A stretch of 16,588 bases of DNA, taken from assembly GCA_964619725.1 (NCBI GenBank), contig CAZUFC010000164.1, forward strand, positions 1 through 16,588, written 5' to 3'. The position numbers and the translations under genes are program-made. Shown piece after piece: positions 1-10,141 of this stretch (the stretch's first letter is position 1; each line of letters opens with the position of its first letter). Under the pieces are notes generated by a model. That model made no database searches. It had not been told where the DNA came from and was given only the letters and a program-made list of their open reading frames with translations. This stretch comes from an uncultured bacterium (lineage in GTDB: Bacteria > CSSED10-310 > CAZUFC01).

Positions 1-149
1 CTGCGGTTTTTGATCCATAAACGAGCGAATTTTTATTAAGACAAGGATGGTAAGGTATTACGAGGCAGTGGCGGCGCTTATAATTTGACTGAGCAAATCC
101 GAAGACTGACGCAGTATTGGGAAAAATTCGCCGTTTATGGACAAAAACT
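1..149 (+). mobile_element. Family-A MITE-like repeat, copy 1 (cut by window start)
   Basis: Aligns with 5845-5993 and with the reverse complement of 16309-16455. Internal inverted repeat GTTTTTGATCCATAAACG ... CGTTTATGGACAAAAAC. Confidence 0.85.
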
Positions 150-153
150 AAAT

Positions 154-316
154 AACTTTTGTTATTTTTTTCAGTAATCGGGGTCGGTATCGGTATCGCA
201 ATAGGAATAAATAAATACCAGGAGATGTGTTTTGTCTTTATCAGATTTTCAAGGCTTCTCGATTATCCAAGGCTGCGAAAATTGTAACCGCGAAATCCGG
301 CTATTTGATCAATCCC
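154..316 (-). mobile_element. Family-B MITE, degenerate and truncated copy
   Basis: End ATTTGATCAATCCC (303-316) preceded by TTGTAACC. Contains TTCAGTAATCG and hexamers (GGGTCG/GTATCG) as in 14830-14984. The other end is missing where family-A copy 1 abuts. Confidence 0.7.
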
Positions 317-318
317 GT

Positions 319-732
319 TTACTCTTCCGGTTCTCCGATTCTGTCCCATGCTTCGTGGAACTCATCTGTACAGTAAGCGGAAGGCTGCAACCAGAAGGAG
401 ACTCTTCCGTCCTTCTCGCCTCTATGCGCAAGAGATCGGATTTCTCCTGGCAGAAGTATGTAAGACTGCGGCTCATTGATCACGTCGTTGACGACAACCC
501 AAAAGTCTCCCATTATTTTGTCCAGTGATTTCCCAAGCGGCACAGGGTTCTTCCTGCTCAATGACTTCACCTGGATACTGATCGTCCGGGAGCAATCGCT
601 GTTGTAGGCGATAATGTCGACGCCTCGGGCATTCCGTGAAGTCGGCATAACGTTCCAACCCATTCTGGAAAGATGATAGCATGTCCAGTAGAGCCCCACA
701 TTGCCTGTAACTTGTTGGTCTCGTTTTTTCAT
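319..732 (-). CDS. PD-(D/E)XK (restriction-endonuclease-like) nuclease, 137 aa, probably originally a separate cassette gene
   Basis: Own ATG at 732 preceded by AAGAAG, 10 nt after a GTTCGAC core. Helix TGNVGLYWTCYHLSRMGW followed by D...QxK (GVDIIAY...ISIQVKS). GC visibly higher than in the upstream part. Confidence 0.7.
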   Translation of the reverse strand: MKKRDQQVTGNVGLYWTCYHLSRMGWNVMPTSRNARGVDIIAYNSDCSRTISIQVKSLSRKNPVPLGKSLDKIMGDFWVVVNDVINEPQSYILLPGEIRSLAHRGEKDGRVSFWLQPSAYCTDEFHEAWDRIGEPEE

Positions 733-1674
733 CTTCTTGGGTGTCGAACGGCAAGCATCGCGGGCGGCATGCTTTTCGCCGTCCCGTGTACGACGTTTTT
801 GGGACTTCTCCATCATTTCATTACAGAAAGATATTGTGTCTATGGCCTGTGAATGATGATGGACTTCAGGGTTCACGAATATTTTTTGCTCTAGTCCCAT
901 TATCCAAGCAAATACTTCTTTCCAGGGAATTGAATTATCTACTGATGGGGTTCTGTGCCTAAAATGGATATGAAAACCCCTAACAGATTCTCTCGGAATA
1001 CTATATAATTGTTTAAGAAAAGCGCTTTTTGAAACTGTAAAAAGTTGCTGAATGTCAAGGACGATTCCTAAATATTTTCTCAAACTATGATCCTCTAACA
1101 ACATTGCCTGCCACAATTTATTTATCTGTTCACCGTTAGAAACGAATTGGCCGGTTCGATTTTTAAGAACTACAAATGGAATAGTATTAAAATTTTTTTC
1201 AAAACTTTTTCGAATAGTCTTTATGGCTCTTACAATGTCTGAATAGGAATTATGTCTTCCACCAGGGTGAATTTCAATTCCCGCAGGCGGGAGATCAAAT
1301 CTTTTTGAAATCGCAACAGCCATATTTGTAAAATCTTGAACCCACTTCTGATCATTCCATTTAAGTTTTGGCGTGCAAGAATATCCTTTCACATTTCGAC
1401 GCGATAGTTGAGGCTCAGTATGCAAAATATATTCAATATCTTTTGATGGTGAGCCAGACTCATAAAGCTTTTGAATATCTTGCACGCAAAGAATACTCCC
1501 AAGTTCTTTCCCTGTTAACTGCACTTCTGTTTTATTCTTGACAAAATCTGCAGGCACCTCAACAAAGCTGCATCCGTGTGCTTTAGCTATTTCAAAACGC
1601 TGCTTCAACCCTCCACGACCATTTCGATTAAACGCTGAAATATTTGGAAAAACATATGAGATATTTCGTTTCAT
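319..1674 (-). CDS. Read-through fusion: AP-endonuclease-2/xylose-isomerase-like TIM-barrel protein plus C-terminal PD-(D/E)XK nuclease-like domain
   Basis: ORF track gives 319..1725; the ATG at 1674 (MKRNISY) is the more likely start. N-part has motifs FVEV, LHTEP, IEIHPG, VLKNR, LDIQQ, GFHIH and NPEVHH in the order typical of this TIM-barrel fold. C-part has GVDII...IQVKS. The linker is translated attC-like DNA. Confidence 0.65.
   Translation of the reverse strand: MKRNISYVFPNISAFNRNGRGGLKQRFEIAKAHGCSFVEVPADFVKNKTEVQLTGKELGSILCVQDIQKLYESGSPSKDIEYILHTEPQLSRRNVKGYSCTPKLKWNDQKWVQDFTNMAVAISKRFDLPPAGIEIHPGGRHNSYSDIVRAIKTIRKSFEKNFNTIPFVVLKNRTGQFVSNGEQINKLWQAMLLEDHSLRKYLGIVLDIQQLFTVSKSAFLKQLYSIPRESVRGFHIHFRHRTPSVDNSIPWKEVFAWIMGLEQKIFVNPEVHHHSQAIDTISFCNEMMEKSQKRRTRDGEKHAARDACRSTPKKMKKRDQQVTGNVGLYWTCYHLSRMGWNVMPTSRNARGVDIIAYNSDCSRTISIQVKSLSRKNPVPLGKSLDKIMGDFWVVVNDVINEPQSYILLPGEIRSLAHRGEKDGRVSFWLQPSAYCTDEFHEAWDRIGEPEE
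743..804 (-). other. Degenerate attC-like integron recombination site (62 bp)
   Basis: Minus strand TCCCAAAAACGTCGTACACGGGACGGC-GAAAAGCAT-GCCGCCCGCGATGCTTGCCGTTCGAC. Imperfect palindrome with a CGGG(A)CGGC/GCCGCCCG stem carrying one unpaired base, a GTT core at the 3' end and a mutated inverse core (CCCAAA instead of CCCAAC). Confidence 0.65.
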
Positions 1675-1730
1675 TATTTTTAAACCCAAAGGTTCGCGCA
1701 TCATAAGCCGGGTGAAATATAGCATCCTTC

Positions 1731-1873
1731 GGCATTGATCAAAAGCGCGTCTTTTAAGGTTACAATTCTACAAAATATCTCATCATATCGTTTCGATAGC
1801 GATACCGAACCCGATTACTGAAACAAACCGTAAAAAGTTTTGAAAGAAGTGTAATCCCGGTCTGATCAGTCAA
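1731..1873 (+). mobile_element. Family-B MITE
   Basis: GGCATTGATCAAAA...GGTTACAATTC left end, 4 CGA-hexamers, CGATTACTGAAA...TTTTGAAAGAAGTGTAA...TGATCAGTC right end. Collinear with 16050-16276. Confidence 0.85.
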
Positions 1874-1935
1874 GAGGGCGACTGTGAATGTAAACCGGAG
1901 AATTATGCCCTGATGACGCTCAAACGGGAAAAATA

Positions 1936-2749
1936 TTGAAAGAAATCGCCGTGAATGAACAGTCGATCGAACGAGCCGTCATAGCTCTTTACACGTCAGG
2001 GATTAATTCCATGAGAGCAACCTGCGATTTGTTCAAAACCTTGTATGGTTGTCGCCTATCATACGGCAAGATTCAACGAATAATTATCGAAGCATCGAAA
2101 AAAGCGAGGGAATTCAACGAGTCGGTTGACCTTTTGAATATTGCTCATTGTGCATTGGACGAGATTTTCAGTCAGGACGTTCCGGTTTTGACTGTGATCG
2201 GACTTAAAACAGGCTATACGTTTTCATCGACCGCAGCGGGGGGCCGCAGTGGAGATGATTAGGAAGCGGAATTATCGGTAAAAAAATAAACAAGGCTTTA
2301 ATCCCTCAGCAGTAGTCAAAGATGGCGGCAAAGGACTTGCCGACGGCACGTCGAGAGTTTTCCCGGAGGCTGAATAAAGAGAAGACATTTTTCATGCCGA
2401 ACATCGTATGGGTAATCTTTTGGAGTTTTCTGAAAGACGAGCCTTGAAAGTTCTTCATGAGGAATGGGCTTTAGCGAAAGTTATGAAAAGATCAGATGCG
2501 CATGTCGGAAAATAGAAAAGAAAACGATACAGAGCAGCCAACATAGTTGAATCATTCAACAGCCTGCTTCGTCCGAACCTTTCCTTCCACAAGAGAGTTT
2601 CTCAGGAATTCCTGGACCTTTTCATGGCCTATAGAAACTTGAAAAAACCGGGATGTAGAAAGGAAAGGGATTTGAGCCCATACGAAAAACTGACCGGCCA
2701 AAAATTCGATGACTGGATGACCCTGATCGGATATCCGAAGGAGCTTTAA
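1936..2749 (+). pseudogene. Degraded DDE transposase, IS256/Mutator-like superfamily
   Basis: Reconstructed reading: ...CALDEIFSQDVPVL..., stop at 2260, +1 frameshift in the A-run near 2280-2290, QGFNPSAVVKDGGKGLA...VFPEAE*REDIFH (stop 2375), stop 2513, then RAANIVESFNSLLRP...SPYEKLTGQKFDDWMTLIGYP to TAA at 2749. D, D(xxxGL), DxFH and E motifs occur in the expected order. Confidence 0.8.
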
Positions 2750-2819
2750 CGGCAGCTTTTCGGTCGGTTAAATAACTGCATATAGCCTCATTTTTGCCTT
2801 AGACAAGATTGGTGCATCT

Positions 2820-2894
2820 TTGTTACCTCTAAAATGCCATTTTTGATCAGCGCCGAAAATTATTACCTCATAAAAGCTTATTTTGATCAATGGC
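2820..2894 (-). repeat. Two tandem family-B-type terminal repeats (probable IS right end plus a second end)
   Basis: TTGTTACCTC...TTTTGATCAGCGCC (to 2854) and TTACCTC...TTTTGATCAATGGC (to 2894), both inverted matches to GGCATTGATCAAAA...AGGTTACAA at 1731 and 16050. Confidence 0.7.
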
Positions 2895-2902
2895 TAAATT
2901 TT

Positions 2903-5425
<2,523 letters not shown>

Positions 5426-5791
5426 TTGTTGACCCCCCCTTTAATGTTATCAATTGACTTTTTTAATTTTTTTCGTCCTTCATGAGAGCCGGCTTTTAAC
5501 ATGATTGCTGAAATCCGAATTACACAAGATTGAGGCGCTGCAGTAACTCAGAGTGAGTTTGATTATCATCCTAACTCATTATAAGGATTAAAGTTAAGCC
5601 AGTCAAATTGAGGGCGCTTTCGAATAGGCAGGGCTCACGGGAAAAAGCTGAAAATTACGGTACAATTTTGCGAGAATGCATCAGTCGGTCCTGCAATGAG
5701 AAATGTCGCTCTTATCATCTTCCAGTGATCCATTCATCCGCCCGCTTATACAATATTCTCCATCACTCAATATTGATGATATTTTATAGTC

Positions 5792-5993
5792 AGTGACTGT
5801 CCGCAAACTCGAATCTCGATTCAAAATTTAATGCAGGACAGTCACTGCGGTTTTTGATCCATAAACGAACGAATTTTCCTTAAGGCAAGGAAGGCAAGCA
5901 TTTGCAAAGGAGTCGTATTTATTGTACGTTGACTGAGCAAATCCGCAGCCTAACGGAGCATTGGGGGAAATTCGCTGTTTATGGACAAAAACT
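5792..5993 (+). mobile_element. Family-A MITE-like repeat, complete copy (202 bp)
   Basis: Hairpin AGTGACTGTCC...GGACAGTCACT (5792-5846) followed by the long inverted-repeat unit 5850-5992. Flanked by a direct repeat AGTC, extendable to TAGTCAG at 5787-5793 and 5993-5999. Confidence 0.85.
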
Positions 5994-6040
5994 AGTCAGA
6001 GATTCGGCCCTTCCAGCGGGAATACTTTTTAAAATCGATG

Positions 6041-6155
6041 GAAAGGACGACAAAAGACGAAAGAAAAGGACCAAAAGGACCAAGGGACCCTGAATAAAAA
6101 ATATTCGGGTTATTCAATGATTTCAGTATATTGCAAGTCCTTTACGTCCTTTTTT
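6041..6155. repeat. Short AA(A/G)GGAC repeats facing inverted GTCCTTT repeats around a central palindrome
   Basis: AAAGGAC, AAAAGAC, AAAAGGAC, AAAAGGAC and AAGGGAC in 6042-6088; TGAATAA/TTATTCA at 6091-6116; GTCCTTT at 6137 and 6146. Confidence 0.6.
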
Positions 6156-6177
6156 CTCCGGCGGAATTTATAATACT

Positions 6178-7092
6178 TTACAATTTTAAAATAGCATCGA
6201 GCAGATTCAAACCGGCGCCTTTCTTTTTAACGGCCAGGATCGGCCGGTCGATGGTCAGAATCAGGTTTTCGGTAACGCTGCCGAGTAAGACGCCGGCGCC
6301 TGCGTTGCGGCCCCGCGCGCCGACGACCACCAGATCATAATGATCCTTGTGCACGGTATCCTGTATGGCTTTAACCGTGTCTTTATGCAGAACAAAAAGC
6401 GGATTTGGTTTGATGGATTTTAAATCGATGCTCCGCATGAATTGTTCGTAGTCCTCCATGGAATGTTTTTTCATTATTTCACCGAATTCCTCATAGCTTT
6501 TACCCGTTTTATAATATCCTGTGGGGACGTTGTAAGCGTGAAAAACAGTCATTTCTGAGAGTCCTGCTGCCTGGGCGAAAGCGATGCCGACATCCATGGC
6601 CATTTTGGAGTATTCTGAGAAGTCTGACGCCGTCATTATTTTAGAGATTTGGGGTTTGGTTCCCTGATGGACGGAGAGAACTGAGCAGGGGGCTTTTCGG
6701 GCCAATTTTTCTGCGAGTTTCCGGTGAATTTTTCCTTCTTTCTTGATGCCGACCAACAGCAGATCAGTATTCTGTTCCTTTATTTGTTTCAAGATTTCTT
6801 TCAGGGGGTTGCCTTCCAGAATATTGCACTTGATATTCATATCCGGGTATCCGTCGCAATATTCATCAGTTTGATGCCGCAGTTCGTCTACCTCGCATTC
6901 CCCAGCGGATTCAAGCAAGCCGGGATATGTTTGGCAGACGCCTTCGGGCAATTCCGGTTTTTCAGTCACGTGCAGGAAGAGCGCTTCCTCGGAGTGAGCC
7001 ATTTTTGAAATTAAACCGGCGTATCGGATAAGTGACTCGTCGCTTTCATCCAAGCTCACATAAACCATTAATTTTTTATATCGGTACATCAT
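6178..7092 (-). CDS. Universal stress protein, tandem USP domains
   Basis: Two USP folds: YKKLMVYVSL...DLLLVG...APCSVLSV and KIMTASDFSEYS...DLVVVGARG...LLGSVTE...PILAV. AGGAGG RBS; its spacing favours the second ATG (7089). Confidence 0.92.
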   Translation of the reverse strand: MMYRYKKLMVYVSLDESDESLIRYAGLISKMAHSEEALFLHVTEKPELPEGVCQTYPGLLESAGECEVDELRHQTDEYCDGYPDMNIKCNILEGNPLKEILKQIKEQNTDLLLVGIKKEGKIHRKLAEKLARKAPCSVLSVHQGTKPQISKIMTASDFSEYSKMAMDVGIAFAQAAGLSEMTVFHAYNVPTGYYKTGKSYEEFGEIMKKHSMEDYEQFMRSIDLKSIKPNPLFVLHKDTVKAIQDTVHKDHYDLVVVGARGRNAGAGVLLGSVTENLILTIDRPILAVKKKGAGLNLLDAILKL

Positions 7093-7147
7093 AACCTCCT
7101 GTCATATCAGGCGATATTGTCATAAAACCGATGCGAATTTCAGTTTT

Positions 7148-9895
7148 TCAAACTTTTTTCCTTCTCCGTTTGAGAAGTTTTTCGATTTCCACAGCCCAGA
7201 AGACCAGCGTGCCGGCGACAAGGCTGACAGCCAGCTCAAGGGGCGGAAGCGATTTTGTATCAAAGAGCGACTGTGCGGGTCCCCAGTAAGTGATAAGTAT
7301 TTGCAGACTGAGGGTCAGGAGCACGGCGCCCAACATGGGTTTATTGGAAAGCAGGCCAATGCGGAAAAGGGAATCGCGATCAGAGCGTATAGCCAGTGCG
7401 TTGCCCATTTGAGCGAGGGTGAGTGTCATGAAAACCATAGTGGTCCAGTGGGGATTGCCGTTCAGGAAGCCCCACAGTCCGACTCCCAGGGAAACGAGGC
7501 CCATGAAGGGACCGATCCACAGGATATCGAAGCCCAGCCCTCGTGCAAATATGCTTTCGCCCGGAGGGTGTGGCGGTCGTCGCATGGTGTTTCTTTCGGG
7601 CTGCTCTATTCCGAGGGCCAGACCGGGCAAACCGTCGGTGACCAGGTTGATCCAAAGGATTTGCAGGGCTGTCAGGGGGAGCGGCAGACCAAAGAATGGG
7701 GCGAGCAGCATGACCATGATCTCGCCTACATTACTGGTCATGGTATAGCGGATGAATTTACGGATATTATCATAGATGGTACGGCCTTCAGAGACGGCCC
7801 GTACGATGGATGCGAAATTGTCATCAAGGAGTACCATATCGGCGGCTTCTTTGGAGACATCGGTACCGGTTATGCCCATGGCCACGCCGATATCGCTGCG
7901 CCGCAGCGCCGGGGCATCATTCACTCCATCACCGGTCATGGCGACGATGTGACCTTTCTTTTGCAAAGCCTGCACGATCTTAAGCTTGTGCTCAGGAGAA
8001 ACGCGTGCGTAAACCGAAACATCCTCGACAGCGCCTTCGAGATCGTCGGTCGACATTCTGGAAAGTTTCTGTCCAGCCAGAATATGGCTGTCTTCTGAAG
8101 CGATACCCAGGTCCTTTGCGATGCGGAGCGCGGTAAGCGGGTGGTCGCCGGTGATCATCACGGGGCGGATGCCGGCGGTCCGACAGGTATCGACGGCAGT
8201 TTTTACTTCCGGGCGCGGCGGGTCGAGCATCCCCGTCAATCCGATAAAAGTCATCTGTGTTTCTAATGAACCAAGTTCGGGGCTATCGGGAATCTCGTCC
8301 AGGGGTCGGAAGGCCACGCCCAGAACGCGCTGGCCGTTTTTAGCCATTTCGTCGTTGGCTTCCACGATGCGCTTGCGCAAATCCTCATTTATCGGCACGG
8401 CTTTATCTCCAGTCCAGACATAGGAAGTAATATCCAACAACTCGCTGACGGCCCCTTTACAGAAAGCCACATAGGGGTTGTCGCACCAGGGAGCATCGCT
8501 GGGATCATCGATAGGGATGTTGACCTTGTGGAAAGTGGTCATGCGCTTTCTTTCAGAAGTGAACGGCACTTCGGCTTCCCTCGGCCAGCGTTGATCGAGA
8601 TCGGGTTTCCACAGACCGAACCGCGCTGCAGCGATAAGCAGCGCTCCTTCGGTGGGATCGCCGATAGCCCTGCAACAGTCTTCAACTTCCGGCGTCTTCT
8701 GGATGGATGCGTCGTTGACCAGGGCAGCGGCTTTGAGCAGGAATCCCAGGCTGCGCACGGGAGGACTCTCGCTGGGTCGGAACTCGGCGTCCAGCACAGA
8801 TAATCCTTTTTCAAGCATGGCGTCCACCTGATGAGTTTCACCCAAAACATCCAGGACGGTTACGGTCATGCGGTTTTCCGTGAGGGTGCCTGTTTTATCA
8901 GAGCAGATAGTAGTCACCGAGCCGAGGGTTTCGACTGCGGGCAGCTTGCGGATCAGCGCCTGGCGGCGCAACATGCGTTGAGCGCCCAGGGCCAGAGAGA
9001 TTGTGACAACCGCCGGCAGCCCTTCAGGAATGGCCGCTACCGCCATAGCGATCGATGTTATCAGCATCTCGGTTACTTCTTCACCGCGAAGCAATCCCAA
9101 GGCGAAAACGACAGCCACGATGCCCAGGGAGGCAAGCGCCAGCGAGCGTCCCAGTTGAGCCATACGTCTTTGCAAGGGAGTCTGTTCGCCGGATACGGAC
9201 TGGATCATATCAGCAATCAGACCCAATTGAGTTTGCATACCGGTTTCGACAACTACCGCTGTTCCGCGTCCGTAAGTAACGGCCGTGCCCATGAAGACCA
9301 TATTGCTCCGGTCGCCCAGCGGCAGGTCCTCGCCCGTCAAAGCTTCAATGCTTTTGTCTATGGCCTGGGATTCGCCGGTCAAAGAAGCTTCCGTGACCCG
9401 CAAGCCTGCAGATTCCATCAGACGGGCATCGGCAGGGACGGCGCTGCCGGCTTCCAACAGAATGATATCCCCCGGCACCAACTCATTGGCCTCAATTTCC
9501 ATAACCTGACCGTTACGCCGCACACGCACTATGGGGGCGGCCATCTGCTTCAGCGCCTGCATGGCTTTCTCAGCACGGTTCTCTTGCACAAAGCCCAGGA
9601 TAGCGTTAAGAATCACTATCGCCAGGATAGCGATGGCGTCCTTCCAGTCGCTGAGAGCGGCCGAAATTCCAGCGGCAATGATCAGCACAATTACCATGGT
9701 TTCTTTGAATTGATCCAGAAGTATGCGCCAGGGACTTTTAGCGCCGCGTTCAATCAACTCGTTCGGACCATACCTGGCCCGGCGATCTTTTACTTCATCA
9801 GGGGAGAGCCCCTGGTCGGCTTCCACATCCAGGCGATTTACCGCGGTTTCGACGGAAAAAGTGTGCCAGGGCTCGTGATGTGTCTTTTCTGTCAT
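7148..9895 (-). CDS. Cation-translocating P-type ATPase, P2A (Ca2+-ATPase-like)
   Basis: TGES, AAIPEGL, DKTGTLT phosphorylation site, [24 protein letters not shown]5 TSNVGE, M6 [10 protein letters not shown]. Confidence 0.95.
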   Translation of the reverse strand: MTEKTHHEPWHTFSVETAVNRLDVEADQGLSPDEVKDRRARYGPNELIERGAKSPWRILLDQFKETMVIVLIIAAGISAALSDWKDAIAILAIVILNAILGFVQENRAEKAMQALKQMAAPIVRVRRNGQVMEIEANELVPGDIILLEAGSAVPADARLMESAGLRVTEASLTGESQAIDKSIEALTGEDLPLGDRSNMVFMGTAVTYGRGTAVVVETGMQTQLGLIADMIQSVSGEQTPLQRRMAQLGRSLALASLGIVAVVFALGLLRGEEVTEMLITSIAMAVAAIPEGLPAVVTISLALGAQRMLRRQALIRKLPAVETLGSVTTICSDKTGTLTENRMTVTVLDVLGETHQVDAMLEKGLSVLDAEFRPSESPPVRSLGFLLKAAALVNDASIQKTPEVEDCCRAIGDPTEGALLIAAARFGLWKPDLDQRWPREAEVPFTSERKRMTTFHKVNIPIDDPSDAPWCDNPYVAFCKGAVSELLDITSYVWTGDKAVPINEDLRKRIVEANDEMAKNGQRVLGVAFRPLDEIPDSPELGSLETQMTFIGLTGMLDPPRPEVKTAVDTCRTAGIRPVMITGDHPLTALRIAKDLGIASEDSHILAGQKLSRMSTDDLEGAVEDVSVYARVSPEHKLKIVQALQKKGHIVAMTGDGVNDAPALRRSDIGVAMGITGTDVSKEAADMVLLDDNFASIVRAVSEGRTIYDNIRKFIRYTMTSNVGEIMVMLLAPFFGLPLPLTALQILWINLVTDGLPGLALGIEQPERNTMRRPPHPPGESIFARGLGFDILWIGPFMGLVSLGVGLWGFLNGNPHWTTMVFMTLTLAQMGNALAIRSDRDSLFRIGLLSNKPMLGAVLLTLSLQILITYWGPAQSLFDTKSLPPLELAVSLVAGTLVFWAVEIEKLLKRRRKKV

Positions 9896-10141
9896 AATGA
9901 TTATCTCCGAATTATACCACAGGTGAATTCTCTGCTGTTGTTGTCAGATTTATAAGAACTTTTTTAATTTTTCAAACAATCTCTCTCGCATGTTCGCATC
10001 AACCTTTTCGCCCGCTGAAGGCCGAATCCGACGGATATGCGTTGTTCATGAGATGATGGTCGGGATATTTCCCTTGAATCCCGGTCACATCGTTCATTCA
10101 AGAAAATCCCATAAAAATAAAAAATCGTCAATCTATTCTTT

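Noticed and set aside
1731-2894. Intact IS with target duplication
   Set aside because: The left flank CATCCTTC matches neither right flank (GAAAATTA, TAAATTTT), and the transposase has several stops and a frameshift.
5426-5790. c-di-GMP riboswitch upstream of the collagen gene
   Set aside because: Only an isolated TTCGAAAG; the GCAAA and GACGCAAAG elements are absent.
5608-6093. 62- and 63-aa ORFs
   Set aside because: TTG starts, no recognisable motifs; the second is mostly repeat DNA.
9896-10141. Riboswitch (e.g. yybP-ykoY) or terminator upstream of the ATPase
   Set aside because: No GGGGAGTAG-type motif seen. The imperfect inverted repeat at 10062-10110 lacks a following U tract on the coding strand.
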